Notes: generated from the sequence alone by a model not told the origin. Shown: positions 1-13,168, counted from the stretch's first letter. The stretch is DNA of 64,000 nucleotides from Mustelus asterias (GCF_964213995.1 NC_135816.1:47182001-47246000), one strand, 5' to 3'. A program made the numbers and translations.

Positions 1-865
1 GGATGTCAGAAGCTGCAGCGTGACATAGATAGGATGCAAGACTGGGCAGAGAAGTGGCAGATGGACTTCAACCCAGATAAATGTGTAGTGGTCCATTTTG
101 GCAGGTCAAATGGCATGGAAGAGTATAATATCAAGGGTAAGATTCTTAGCAGTGTAGAGGATCAGAAGGACCTTGGGGTCCGGGTCCATAGGACTCTTAA
201 ATCGGCCTCGCAGGTAGAGGAGGTGGTTAAGAAGCCATATGGTGTGCTGGCCTTCATCAATCGAGGGATTGAGCTTAGGAGTCGGGAAATAATGATGCAG
301 CTATATAAGACCCTCGTCAGACCCCCCTTAGAGTACTGTGCTCAGTTCTGGTCGCCTCATTACAGGAGGGATGTGGAAATGATTGAAAGGGTGCAGAGAA
401 GATTTACAAGGATGATGCCTGGATTGGTTGGCATGCCTTATGAGGATAGGCTGAGGGAGCTCGGTCTTTTCTCCTTGGAGAGACGAAGGATGAGAGGTGA
501 CCTGATAGAGGTGTACAAGATGTTGAGAGGTATAGATCGGGTGGATTCTCGGAGGCTTTTTCCCAGGGCTGAAATGGCTGCTACGAGAAGACACAGGTTT
601 AAGGTGCTGGGGAGTAGCTACAGAGGAGATGTCAGGGGTAAGTTTTTCACTCAGAGGGTGGTGGGTGAGTGGAATCGGCTGCCGTCAGTGGTGGTGGAGG
701 CAAACTCGATAGGGTCTTTTAAGAGACTTCTAAATGAGTACATGGGACTTAATAGGATTGAAGGTTATAGGTAAGCCTATATATAAGCCGAGGTATGTAG
801 GGACATGACCGGCGCAACTTGTGGGCCGAAGGGCCTGTTTGAGCTGTATTTTTTCTATGTTCTAT
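1..865 (+). mobile_element. CR1 LINE 3' fragment (ORF2 RT C-terminus 34..774 plus 3' UTR)
   Basis: ORF with WQMDFNPDKC, LYKTLVRPxLEYCAQFWSP and RRMRGDLIEVYK CR1 motifs; 3' end ...gggccgaagggcctgtt...ttctatgttctat. Confidence 0.95.
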
Positions 866-3440
866 ACCTACTCCTCAGCACCCTAAACCTGTGGCCTCTC
901 GTGACAACTATTTCAGCCCTGGGTAAAAGCCTCTGAGAATCCACTCTATCAATACCTCTCAACATCTTATACACCTCCATCAGGGCACTTCTCATGCTTC
1001 GCCTCTCCAAGGAGAATAGACCTAGCTCTCTCAACCTATCCTCATAAGGCATACCACTTAATCCCGGCAACATCCTCGTAAATCTCCTCTGCACCCATTC
1101 TATGGCTTCCACATCCTTTCTGTAGTGAGGGCGACCAGAACTGGGCACAGTACTCCAGGTGGGGTCTGACCAGGGTCCTATACAGCTGCAGCATCATCTC
1201 CCGATTTCTAAACTCAATTCCTCTATTGATGAAGGCCAGTATTCCATACGCCTTCTTAACCACAGCCTCTACCTGCGACGCCGCTTTGAGCGTCCTATGA
1301 ACCCGGACCCCAAGATCCCTCTGTTCTTCCACACTGCCAAGCATCTTACCCTTAATATTATATTCTTCCATCCTATTCGACCTGTCAAAATGAACCACCA
1401 CACACTTATCTGGGTTGAAGTCCATCTGCCACTTCTCCACCCAATCTTGCCTCTTAACTATGTCTCGTTGTAACTGCTGACATCCCTCTACACTATCCAC
1501 AACACCTCCAACCTTTGTGTCATCAGCAAACTTGCCAACCCATCCTTCCACTTCCTCATCCAGGTCATTTATAAAAATCACAAAGAGCAAGGGTCCCAGA
1601 ACAGATCCCTGGGGCACTCCACTGGTGGCCGACCTCCATGCTGAAAAAGACCCATCTACAACCACTCTTTGCCTTCTGTGGGCAAGCCAGTTCTGAATCC
1701 ACAAAGCAACATCCCCTTGTATCCCATGCCCCTTCACTTTCTCCATAAGCCTTGCATGAGGCACCTTATCAAACGCCTTACTGAAATCCATATAAACCAC
1801 ATCTACCGCTCTTCCCCCGTCTAAGTGTCTAGTCACACCTTCAAAAAACTCAATCAGACTCGTAAGGCATGATCTGCCTCGGACAAAGCCGTGCTGACTA
1901 CTTCTGATCATACTATTCCTTTCCAAATGTTCATAAATCCTGCCTCTCAGGATCTTCTCCATCAACTTACCTACCACTGAGGTTGGACTCACCGGTCTAT
2001 AATTTCCTGGGCTATCCCTTCTCCCTTTCTTGAATAACGGAACCACATCCGCCATCCTCCAATCCTCCGGAACCTCTCCCGTCTCCATTGACGATGCAAA
2101 GATCATCGCCAGAGGATCAGCAATCTCTTCCCTCGCCTCCCACAGTCACCTGGGGCACATCCCATCCAGTCCCGGCGATTTATCTAACTTGATGCTTTTC
2201 AACAGCTCCAACACATCCTCTTTCCTAATGCCCACATGCTCAATCTTCTCAGTCCACTGCAAGTCTGCACTGCAACTACCAAGACCCTTTTCCACTGTGA
2301 ATACTGAAGCAAAGTATTCATTGAGTACCTCTGCTATTTCAACCGGTTCAATACAGACTTTCCCACCGTCACATTTGATAGGTCCTACTCCTTCACATCT
2401 TATCCTCTTGCTCTTCACATACTTGTAGAATGCCTTGGGATTTTCCTTTATCCTGTCTGCTAAGGCCTTCTCATGTCCCCTCCTGGCTCTTCTAATTTCC
2501 CTCTTTAGTTCCTTCCTACTAGTCGTATACTTTTCTAGATTTCTAACATTACCTAGCTCCCTGAATCTTTTGTAGGCTTTTCTTTTCTTCCTGACAGCTT
2601 TCGTGCACCACGGTTCCTGTAACCTACCATAACTCCCCTGTCGCACCGGAACATTGCCGTGCAGAGCTCCAGACAAATTTTCCTTGAAAATTTGCCACAT
2701 TTCTTCCGTACATTTCCCTGAGAAAACCTCCTTCCAATTTATGCCTCTAATTTCCTGCTTAATAGCATCATAGTTGCCCTTACTCCAGATAAACACTTTC
2801 CTAGCTCGGCTGATCCTATCTCTCTCCAATGCTGGTGTAAAGAAGATAGAGTTATGATCACTATCCCAAAAATGCTCTCCCACTGATAGATCTGACACCT
2901 GCCCAGGTTCATTCCCTAATATCAAATCCAGCACAGCCACTCCTCTTGTAGGCTTACCCACATACTGTGTCAGGAAGCTCTCCTGAACACACCCAACAAA
3001 CTCCTCTCCATCTAAACCCCTTACCCTAGGGATATTCCAATCGATATTTGGGAAATTAAAATCTCCCATCACGACCACTCTGTTATTATCACATCTCTCC
3101 AGAATCTGCTTCCCAAACTGCTCCTCCACATCTCTGCTACTATTGGGCGGCCTATAGAAAACACCCAGTAAAGTTACCGACCCCTTCCTGTTCCTAACCT
3201 CCACCCACAGAGATTCCGTAGACAATCCTTCCGTTGCATCCATCTTTTCTATAGCTGTGACACTATCCCTGATCAACAGTGCCACTCCCCCACCTCTTTT
3301 GCCTCCTTTCCTGTCCCTCCTGGAACATCTGAAACCCGGCACTTAAAGTACCCAGTCCTGACCCTGAGATAACCAAGTCTCTGTAATGGCCACCACATCA
3401 CACTTCCAAGCAGCGATCCACGCTCTAAGCTCATTGTCCA
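866..3440 (-). mobile_element. CR1 LINE, near-complete ORF2 (APE endonuclease + RT), frameshifted, 3' end cut off by the adjacent + copy
   Basis: ORF 2146..3342 (GGGVAL, YRPP, MGDFN, LDLIL, SDH endonuclease motifs); ORF 1042..2106 (NYRPVS, QHGF, DFSKAFD, GVPQGSVLGP, KFADD); ORF 855..1148. Confidence 0.95.
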
Positions 3441-3473
3441 CACTCTAAGCTCATCTAGCTGTCCTGTCTGGAG

Positions 3474-3723
3474 ACAATACACATCTCTTTAACCTGTGCT
3501 TAATGTTCTCTCCACTCACATTGTCTGTACCTTTAAGACTTGATTAGCTGTAAAGAATCGCATTCCAATCATTATTCTGTAAATTGAGTTTGTGTCTCTG
3601 TGTGCCCTGTTTGTGAGCAGATCTCCCACTCCACCTGACGAAGGAGCAGCGCTCCGAAAGCTAGTGGCGTTTGCTACCAAATAAACCTGTTGGACTTTAA
3701 CCTGGTGTTGTTAGACTTCTTAC
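3474..3723 (+). mobile_element. Penelope-like element 3' end / pseudo-LTR
   Basis: Contains a hammerhead motif followed by aataaacctgttggactttaacctggtgttgt; the same end recurs at 15011-15226 and 54345-54397. Confidence 0.8.
3631..3667 (+). ncRNA. Minimal type I hammerhead ribozyme (Penelope-associated)
   Basis: CCAC-CTGACGA-A-GGAGC-agc-GCTCC-GAAA-GC-TA-GTGG: conserved core, perfect 5-bp stem II, 4-bp stem I, palindromic AGCT stem III. Confidence 0.8.
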
Positions 3724-3845
3724 AGTTTGACTTTCACCAGGGTCACTCAGCTCCAGAAGTCATTACAACCATGTAAAAACATGGACAAAAGAGATTAATT
3801 CCAGAGGTGAGGTGAGAGTGAGCCCTTGAAATAAAGGCAGCATTT

Positions 3846-4448
3846 ATCAATCGAGGGATTGAGCTTAGGAGTCTGGGGATAATGATGCAACTATATAAGA
3901 CCCTCGTCAGACCCCACTTGGAGTACTGTGCTCAGTTCTGGTCGCCTCACTATAGGAAGGATGTGGAAAAGATTGAAAGGGTGCAGAGGAGATTTACAAG
4001 GATGTTGCCTGGATTGAGTGGCATGCCTCATGAGGATAGGCTGAGGGAGCTCGGTCTTTTCTCCTTGGAGAGACGAAGGATGAGAGGAGACCTAATAGAG
4101 GTGTATAAGATGTTGAGAGGCATAGATCGGGTGGACTCTCAGAGGCTTTTTCCCAGGGTGGAAATGTCTGCTACGAGAGGACACAGGTTTAAGGTGCTGG
4201 GGGGTAGGTACAGGGGAGATGTTAGGGGTAAGTTTTTCACACAGAGGGTGGTGGGTGAGTGGAATCGGCTGCCGTCAGTGGTGGTGGAGGCGAACTCAAT
4301 AGGGTCTTTTAAGAGACTCCTGGATGAGTACATGGAGCTTAATAGAATGGAGGGTTATAGGTAGGTCTAGAAGGTAGGGATGTGTTCGGCACAACTTGTG
4401 GGCCGAAGGACCTGTTTGTGCTGTAGTTTTTCTATGTTCTATGTTCTA
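3846..4448 (+). mobile_element. Young CR1 3' fragment nested in the second LINE
   Basis: Intact ORF 3882..4364; (ttctatg)n tail; near-identical to 18050-18645; attt on both flanks. Confidence 0.95.
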
Positions 4449-4811
4449 TTTGACTGAGTGTGGCATCAAGTTGTCCAAGCAAAATTGAAGTCACTGAGAA
4501 TCAGGAAGAAAGCTCTCTACTAGTTGAAGTCCTGGGACAAAGGATGATTCTGGTCATTCGAGGCCAATCATCTCAGCCCCAGGATATTGCTGTTTCTCAG
4601 GGTTGTGCCTCAGGCCCAACCATCATCAACTGCTTAGTTAATGACCTTCCCTCCATCATAGAGTCAGAAAGCAGATGATTGCACAGTGTTCAGTAGTGTT
4701 CAAGCTTCTCAGATAATAAAGCAGCCACTGCTTACATACAGCAAGATTTTGACAACATTCAGTCTTGGGCTAATAAATAGCAAGTAACAATCAGAACATG
4801 TGTGAACATGA

Positions 4812-5062
4812 ACTGTGTGGAGTTTACACATTCTCCTCGTGTCTGCGTGGGTTTCCTCCGGGTTCTCCGGTTTCCTCCCACAGTCCAAAGATGTGCGGGT
4901 TAGGTTGATTGGCCACGCTAAATTGACCCTCAGGGGGACTAGCAGGCTAAATAAATGAGGCTACAGGGATAGGGCCTGGGTGGGATTGTGGTCGGTGCAG
5001 ACTCGATGGGCTGAATGGCCTCCCTCTGCACTGTAGGGTTTCTATGATTATTTCTATGATTC
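4812..5062 (+). mobile_element. HE1-type V-SINE, 5'-truncated, CR1-type tail
   Basis: Core gtgtctgcgtgggtttcctccggg...ctccggtttcctcccacagtccaaagatgtg; tail gaatggcctc...ctgcactgtaggg...tctatgat. Confidence 0.9.
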
Positions 5063-6455
5063 AATGCCCATTCATAAAATGACCATCTCCAACTGGAGAG
5101 AATCTAACCATCTCCCTTTAATGATCAACAACATTACTTTACCATCACTGAATTCCTCACCATCAACATCCTGAGGGTTATCATTATCCAAAACCTTAAC
5201 TGGACCAGCCTTCTAAATATTCTGGCTCCAAGAACAGGTGAGAGGCAGGGAATTCTGTGGCAAGTAACTCACCTCCTGGCTCCCCAAAGCCTGTCTGGAA
5301 TCTACAAGGCACAAATCAGGAATGTAATGGAATTTCTCCTCTTGTCTGGATCAGTTTAGCTACAACAATGGTCAAGAGGTTTCATTCAGGACAAACCAAC
5401 TGTTTGATCAGCACCCTATCCACTACCTTAAACATTAATTTCCTCTACCACCCATGCACAACGGCAGCAGTCTGTACCATTTGCAAGATGTAGTGCAAGG
5501 AAGTCATGTAGCCTTCAACAGCACCTACAAATCCTGTGACTGCTACCACCCTGAAAAACAAGGGCAGCAGACACGTGGGGACACCAACGCCTGCAAATCC
5601 CCCTCCCAGTCACACGCCATCCTGACTTGGAATTACAAAACCGTCCTTTCATTGTTGCTGGGTCAAAAGTCCTGGTACACCCTTCCTAATAGCGCTGTGG
5701 GTGTGCCTGCATCACATGGACTGAAATGGGCAATTAGGCAGGAGCAATAAACGCTGCCTTTGTCAGCAAGGATCGCGTTCCATGGGAAGAATAAAAATAA
5801 TGAGCAGGCGGTGCTGATCCCTGGCACCAGGGGCTAGCCCCTCACCACAAAGGTGGGAAACAGCAGCTGGGTCTGTATTAGTGTCAGAAATCCACAAGCT
5901 GACAGATGGGATTTCAGTGATAGTAGAAGCAGTACAATTGTGGCGTTTGGATGAACAATCCAAATAGGTGGCAGTTTCAATACCCAGCCCAGAATGAACT
6001 GTGACGACAGCAGAAGTGAGGGTTGGTTTGCAGGAGCCTACACCCAGCATGTAACGTTTAAAAGCCAATTGCTCAGATTTGTTTTCAGGGAGGCACATCA
6101 GGAGACTGCTCTTGCCACGCCAGGTTGTTGCAGACTTCTTTAGCCCCTTGCCAGAGATCCTGCTGCCTGCTGGACCACGGTGTTATGCTTTGCCAAAGCC
6201 TATCAAAGTAATCAGGGCTTCCCAAACTGTGGATCGTCAAATGAGATTCTGGGGCTGTGAGCTGCAAGACAGCAGTGGCTGAACAGCAATGTTAGCAGCT
6301 GCGAAGCCCCTTCAAATCCTCGCTTTATTTTAAACGGCAGGCACAGCTTAAATGATTGATGTTTCAGTCCCGATTCCTGCCTGAAAAACCCACTGAAAAA
6401 GTAAGTGTTTTAAAATTCCCGGAAATTTCCTCACTGCCCCCAGTCTCCTCATAGC

Positions 6456-6779
6456 GGTGGCAGGGTAGCACAGAGGTTAGCACTGCTGCCTCACTGCGCC
6501 AGGGACCAGAGTTCGATTCTCGGCTTGGGTCACTGCCTTGTGTGGAGTTTGCACATTATCCCCGTGTCTATGTGGGTTTCCTCCAGGTGCTCCGGTTTCC
6601 TCCCACAGTCCAAAGATGTGTGGGTTAGGTGAACTGGCCATACTAAATTGCCCCTTAGTGTCAGGGGGACTAGCTAGGGTAGGTGCATGGGGTTATGGGG
6701 ATAGGGCCCTGTTGGGATTGAGGTCAGTGTGGACACGATGGGCTGAATGGCCTCCTTCTGCACTGTAGAATTCTATGAT
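6456..6779 (+). mobile_element. HE1-type V-SINE (CR1-type tail)
   Basis: tRNA-like A/B boxes (tagcacagaggtt, gttcgattc), V core, ttctatga tail. Confidence 0.9.
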
Positions 6780-7217
6780 AACACTACCCTTGGCTTTTAC
6801 AGGTCTCTCTCCAACCCCCATGCCCCCAAACCCACCCACCTGCCATTTCACAACTCCCACTGAGAGATCATGGCTACTTTCCAGACTCAAAATGGGTTCA
6901 CAGTGGGAAAACATTTGGGAAGCACTGCCTCCATTTATTTGACAATAATCCCTTCAACATGCTCCATGTCGCATAAATTGCATAGAACCATAGAAGTTAC
7001 AACCCAGAAAGAGACTATTTGGCCCATCATGAAGTTGCCTATTTTTTGAAGCCATATCTGAACAGCTATCGCCTGTCCTGAGACCTCCACGTCATGGATT
7101 GTGTTAGGAGCTCGCCAGGTAACAGATGTGTCACTCTGGGGCCACTGATACATCTAAAGGCACAGCAACAGAGTGCAACTCTGGCTGCCATTTCTCCAAC
7201 CGTCAAATTAAGAATCA

Positions 7218-8333
7218 AGGCCGCGATTCTCCCAAAAGCACTGAATTGGCGGAAAAACTGTTCTAGATCACAACTGTTTTGTCAGTTCAACGTCACACTC
7301 GAATCTCCCCACTCTGCGCATTGCAGAGGTCCCAGTCGTGAATTCATTAAAACCCCAGGGGGACGGGGCCTATTTGCGCTGGAGTCTGACAGTTCCGGAA
7401 CTCGGTGCATGTGCAGTGGCCCCGATCTGTCAGTCTCCCCGTTTGCTGGCCAGCCTGGGACCCCCACAGTGCTGCCCCTCCAGCCCTCCCCCCCCTCCCC
7501 CCACCCCACAGCCCGATCGCGGCCCCCTCAACAATTCCTAGGCCAGCCCTGACATCCCCCCCCCGCCAATGTCTAGCCCAGCCCCCCCCCAGCAGTGGTG
7601 ATCCCTCCACCCCCTCACCCCAGCAGACTCCCCTCCAGTGACGCCCCCCACCCCCCCCCCCCCCAACCCGGGGTCAGACCCCGCCCCCCCGGCAGACAAA
7701 CCCCAGCCCACCCCAATCACTGCCCTTCCTCCATCCCAGACCGATCCCAATGCAGAGTGGCAGTGGGACTCCCCATCCCCACCAATCGCCCCCTAGGCCC
7801 CACCCACAACAAGCCCCACCCCAGTGGCATTGCCCGATGCCCAGTGGGCAGTGCCAAGGTGCCCCCTGGGCATGGGCACTTTGCCCCTTGGGCAGTGCCA
7901 CAGGCACAGACTGGCACTGCCAGGGTGCCCATGCCCAGGTGGCACCCCCCCTCACCACTGCCTGACCCTCTGGTGGGCCCCAATTGCACCTTCTTCATCG
8001 GGCGGGTCTCCCGCTATTTCCCCGAACGTGGGGAGCTAGTCTAAACCCCGCCAGAATGAAGCACTCCTGGCAGGGTGGGAGATTCAATCGGGAACGGTAA
8101 GTTCCTGATAATTAGATTTAAAAGACATTTAAAACATATTTTGAAAGATTCAAATTACTTACCTGCCTTCCCGCTGGTTTCCAGCGTGGTCTGACCAGCG
8201 ACTGTTTGCCGGCTCCGGGAGATGCGCATGCATTCCTGGCACATGCACAAATCCCGGAACGAGGCCGGCGACGCGCGTCTCCCACCCTGACCCGCCAGAA
8301 AGGTTGTGGGTCGGGATGGGAGAATCATAGCCC
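7218..8333. mobile_element. GC-rich non-autonomous TIR DNA transposon (MITE family A, probably PIF/Harbinger)
   Basis: Termini aggccgcgattctccc ... gggagaatcatagccc; colinear paralog at 51783-52874. Confidence 0.8.
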
Positions 8334-8814
8334 AAGAAGTGTTTTGGTGAAACAGGTTGGTCACTCCCTGTGAATTTCAAAGGTTAATAAATTGCTTGAT
8401 TGAAGATTAATTCCCCAGGTCTGACTGACAATTGATCAAAAGCCACAGCATCAAACTATCGCCCGATGACCATTGCTCCAACTGCTGGTTAGCTAAGGCC
8501 TTGAGAGTGATTTGGCAGTGAGGCAGTCTGAGCTTGTGGAGCATGTCTCTCTGTGACAGTCTGTACTGCCTAGCCTTCCACAAGAGGAATAGTGTTAGCC
8601 CATTAAAAACGAATGGATTTAGGGCATGGCTCCATATCAGTTGTCTTTTGTTCAGTCACTGTGCTGTTGAGAAGAGTCGTGTTGGTAGAAATTCATCTGA
8701 AGGACGAGTCTGATTTGGCACAGAGATCTCTGTGTATCTCCAGTGCTGTGAAATGCAGGCCCCCCGCTTCAATTCAAATCTCCAGTCTCAGGCCTTAGTG
8801 CAATGATATCAGAA

Positions 8815-8985
8815 GAGCATAGACTTACATGGAATATGTAGGACAGAAACAGGCCATTCAGCCCAACCAGTTCATGTCCACATTTATGTTCCATGTACGC
8901 TTCCTTCCATCCATCCTCACCTAACTCTACAGCGTGCCCCTCTATTCCCTTCTCCCTTGCATATCTATCAATCTTTATCTTACAT
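8815..8985 (-). mobile_element. Old CR1 3' end
   Basis: acagaaacaggccattcagccc... reverse-complement CR1 tail pattern. Confidence 0.55.
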
Positions 8986-9361
8986 ATGTGATAAAGTTGT
9001 ATGGGTTGAAGGCATTAAGAATGTAGTTATTAAGACTGGGGTCAAACGAATGGAGGCACTGGTGTTCTTGTGAGAAGAGAGACTGACCAAAATAATTGAT
9101 AACTTCCTGCTTTACAGCTCTGCAGCACTATTGGACTACGCTGTCTCTCTATGGCTGCCTCTTCTGGAATGCAACATTGTAAAGTCCGCAGTGTACGATC
9201 AGAATCCCCTTTCAACTAGACTTTTATTCAATATAAAATCCCAAAATCCATGGACATGAACACTGCAAATAAACAGGCCAAACCTCAACACAAAGAGGCA
9301 GGTTCTACTGTCAGAGATTAATCTTCAAAGCAAGTCAATATCGAAACCAAGTGGACACTAT

Positions 9362-10187
9362 GGGCCTGATTCTACCATTTTCATTCTAAGTGCTGAATCT
9401 GGGCGTAATTCAGATCCGACTTGGAAATCTGCTTTCAGATGCCCCCATACACACACAGCCTTCTCCCCCACCGATCGCCCACAGAGTGGCAGCGGAACCC
9501 CCTGCCCCACCCCCGCCCCGCACCTCCCCGAGATACATCTTACCCGCCTCCCTCCTCCCCCCCGCCGAGAATGATCTGGTCTCACTCCCCCACCACCCCC
9601 CCTGCCCCCAGAGAATGATCTGGCCTCACTCCTCCCCCCCGAGAGAATGATCTGGCCTCGCTCCCCTCCCCCCTCCCAGAGGTACATCTGACCCGCCTTC
9701 CTCCACCCCTCCCCAACCAGACAACACTCGGTCCTCCCCCCCCAACTAACCAACGATCTGCCCCCCACTGCCCGCCCCCCCTCCCCCCCCAACCAGGGAA
9801 TGATCTGACCCGCCTCCCTCCTCCCCCCACCACCAATCTGAATCAGAGAGCCGTTGGAAGCTCTGAACTCACCTCTTTAGCAGCTGGGGTGCCCGATTCA
9901 GACTTTTATTCAGCAGATTCATTTTGGCACGATTCCGGATTGGCGAACGCGGTGGTAAAAGGGGAAATGCTGATAAAGTTGGGCGGGCAGTTCATTAATT
10001 CAACTAAAATGCATGCAAATGCATTTAAATCGCCGTTGCGCCCGTTTCGGGCACAAATTGGATCATGGCCATTCCCGGGTCTCGGTAAAGTGGCCATCTG
10101 CGCGGACGTGGGCACAGATCGCGTTAATGGCCTCACACCCAACTTTACCATGTTTTCGCGCCCATTTGCAATATTAAAATTGGGCCC
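9362..10187. mobile_element. Non-autonomous Harbinger-type MITE (family B)
   Basis: Termini gggcctgattctacc ... aaaattgggccc; left end matches the reverse complement of 33578-33611 and matches 34209; internal C-rich gaatgatctg repeats. Confidence 0.75.
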
Positions 10188-11424
10188 ATAAGGACACTGG
10201 GACATTATCATCACAAAGACACAACACAGTTGCCATCCCAGTTAAACAACCCAGTTAAAGAAATTGGGAGAGCATCATAGCAGATGACCCCAGACAACAG
10301 CCATCACACAAACCAACATCGACAGCAGCTAAGGAGAAATGGATTTTGTCACGTGCATATCAAACTGGGAGACAGAATGGTGTCCATTCTTTCAATCGTG
10401 GACACAACATTGCAAATAATAGGCATGTCTGCACCTAGGCTGGAATCAGACTGAAGAAATTAAAAGGGTGCTAAGCACTGACCATCCCACAGAATATCTG
10501 CAGGAAATGGCTTTTGATATTTTCAATTAGATTTGAAACAAAAAGGTCAAGACCGAGTCACTGCAGTCGGAAGGAGGGTCAGGGCTGGTCACCTTGGCTC
10601 AGGTTTACTTTCAACACCAGACAAGACCAACCGGGTTGGGGATTGTTAGTATTTTTCGACATATCCTGGTGATATTGACATAAGGCATGGGACTGCAGTA
10701 ACTAAGGGGGGTCAGGAAAGGACAACATGATTGGCGGACCGACAGCTCGCAATGGAAGGGTCAATTGTGTGGAGAGTTGTCAGTTATCAGCCAGATCCAG
10801 GGGATATTGGGCTGAGATTCAAGGATAATTTAAGGGTAACAACTAAATGCCAAGGAGGTTTGAACTGAATCGAGTATGGTTTTGTGCAGCAAGTTGCGAT
10901 GGGATTTCTATGTGTTTACAGGCATCCGAGGTAACCAGTCAAGCGTTGTGTGGCACCACTACACTAGCTTAGAGCTCTTGTATAATGGCATTAGAAGTGA
11001 TTTTTTTTAATAAACCAGTCTGTGGCTGAGCCTAAATCTTGTGTCTTTGTAAGTTTGTCCTAAAATCTTAAAATCAAGAACTGACAGTAAGGGTAAACAG
11101 GAGTGTGCACCTCCCACAGCAACATCTTGGCTTGCACCCTCTCCGGCAATGAAAAAAGTCACATTTCCAGTCATTGTCAGGAATTGGTTTTGTATGCTGA
11201 AAGCAATCTTAGTTCTTCTAAACTCAGAAATTACATTTAAAATTACTGAAATATCTTTTGGCAATTGTCAGGAATGTAGCTGTTCTCAGTGCAGGTCTGG
11301 GATATTGGACCAAATACTAAAACTTGAATGGGGTCAGGGGTCAGGGCTTGGGTTCCAGATGTAAGGTTGGGGGAGTAGGGTAGCGGTTAGTTGCGAGAGG
11401 TGACATTGATGAAGAGGCAGGTAG

Positions 11425-11920
11425 CATTAGGTTTTCCAATTGATTCCGGGGATGGCGGGACTGATGTATGAGGAGAGATTGTTTAGGTTAGGATTGTTTT
11501 CACTGGAGTTCAGACGAATGAGGGGGGAAACTCATAGAGACTTATAAAATTCTAACAGGACTGGACAGGGTAGATGCAAGGAGAATGTTCCCGATGGTGG
11601 GGGAGTCCAGGACCAGGGGGTCACAGTCTGAGGATTCAGGGTAGACCATTTAGGACGGAGGTGAGGAGACATTACTTCACCCAAAGAGTGGTGAACTTGT
11701 AGAATTCATTACCACAGGAAGTAGTTGATGCCAAAGCATTGAATGTATTCAAGAGGCGACTAGATATAGCACTTGGGGCGAATAGGATCAAAGGTTATAG
11801 GGAGAAAGCAGGATTAAGCTATTGAGTTGGACGATCAATCACGATGGTAATGAATGGCAGAACAGGCTCGAAGGGCCAAATGGCCTCCTCCTGCTCCTAT
11901 CTTCTATGCTTCTATGTTTT
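11425..11920 (+). mobile_element. CR1 3' fragment (older subfamily)
   Basis: PGMAGLMYEERL..LGLFSLEFRRMRG coding remnant; tail ggcctcctcctgctcctat...ctatg. Confidence 0.85.
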
Positions 11921-12871
11921 TCCAAATTTTAATTCCATCCAAAAATCCAAATTCCAATTGAATCAAATTCATGGCCCCCACAAGAGACGCAAACAAGATC
12001 CAAGCTGACAAAATGAGACATTGCACCTCATCATGGGCTTGATCTGATGCTTCATCTTAGCCAAGAGGCTGAGATGACTTTGAAAAATTGCATCAGACGA
12101 TGCCTCGGTTAAACCTCATCAGCTACCCCGATCATTGACTCTACCCTAGCCTGAGAGATTAACCTATCTGATCGCTGACTGTATCCTAGTCTGGGAGATT
12201 AACCTACCTGATCATTGACTGTCCCCTGCCAGCTAAGTAGCATTTGGCCTCTAACTCCAAGGTTTGTTGGCATCATATCTTGGAGCTGCAAATGGGAGAT
12301 CTCAGAGATCAGTACACACCAACTACACCAGCTTTACAGATTAAGCTTGGAGAATTTAATTAGAGGTAAGTAAATTTTCTAAGTAAGCTTAATGGTGACA
12401 GACAGGAATGATAGAGCATGACAGAGGTAACAAGACAGAAAAATATTATGGGAAGTATGTGTTACATGGAAGAATTTTAATTTTGTGCAGATTTATTTAA
12501 TAAAAAAAGCTCAGATAAGAATTTAGTAATCAATATCAGGACTGAACTCTTGGTGGTTTAGAATGGTACCATGCAAATACATTGAAAATGTATTTGTTTT
12601 GACAGAAAACTTTTCCAAGAAATTATGTTTCACCGATGGTTAGTTTTGAGGATTAATCCCCATTAGATAATCCTGACATTACATTTTATCTTAGCTCAAA
12701 AAGCTCTGCATATGGTTAAAAGTCTATTTCAAAATGTTGAAAAATGAACCTATACGTGATAAAGATAAACATTTGGTGAGGAACGAGTGCCCTAAAATAA
12801 ATAGGTGGCTTGAACCTACCCTCCCCCTCTTTTAGAAATGTCTAAATTTTTATTACTCACTGTTCATCCTC

Positions 12872-13168
12872 AGGTTGGCACGGTGGTTAACAGTGCTGCC
12901 TCACAATGCCAGGGACCAAGGTTCAATTCCGGCCTTAGGTGATTGCCTGTGTGGAGATTGCACATTTGCCCCCTGTCTGTGTGAGTTTCCTCCAGGTGCT
13001 CTGGTTTCCTCCCACAGTCCAAAGATGTGCAGGTTAGGTCATGCTAAATTGCCCTTTAGTGAGAGGGGGATTAGCAGCGTAAATGCGTAGATTAACGGGG
13101 ATATGGTCTGGGTGGGATTGTTGTTGATGCAGGCTCATGTGCCGATTGAGATTGTAGGGATTCTATGA
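12872..13168 (+). mobile_element. HE1-type V-SINE
   Basis: tRNA-like head, V core, gtagggattctatga tail. Confidence 0.85.

Larger units (their letters stand above)
3724..5795 (+). mobile_element. Decayed LINE of a second family (RT ...IKAAFDxVWHQ...; clade unassigned), split by a CR1 and an HE1 SINE
   Basis: QF-FHQGHSAP and WTKE-NSRGEVRV-IKAAF at 3724-3845 resume as D-VWHQ at ~4450; tail aataaacgctgcctttgtcagc near 5750. Confidence 0.7.

Noticed and set aside
7094-8044. Many overlapping Pro/Gly-rich ORFs (also 9358-9836, 43235-43664, 51769-52649)
   Set aside because: By-products of C/G runs in MITEs; frames are not conserved between paralogous copies
8986-12360. Possible LTR/retroviral leader remnants (also 27650-28640 and 35720-36410)
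   Set aside because: Texture is LTR-like, but no matching TSD, paired LTR, PBS or coding motif could be confirmed
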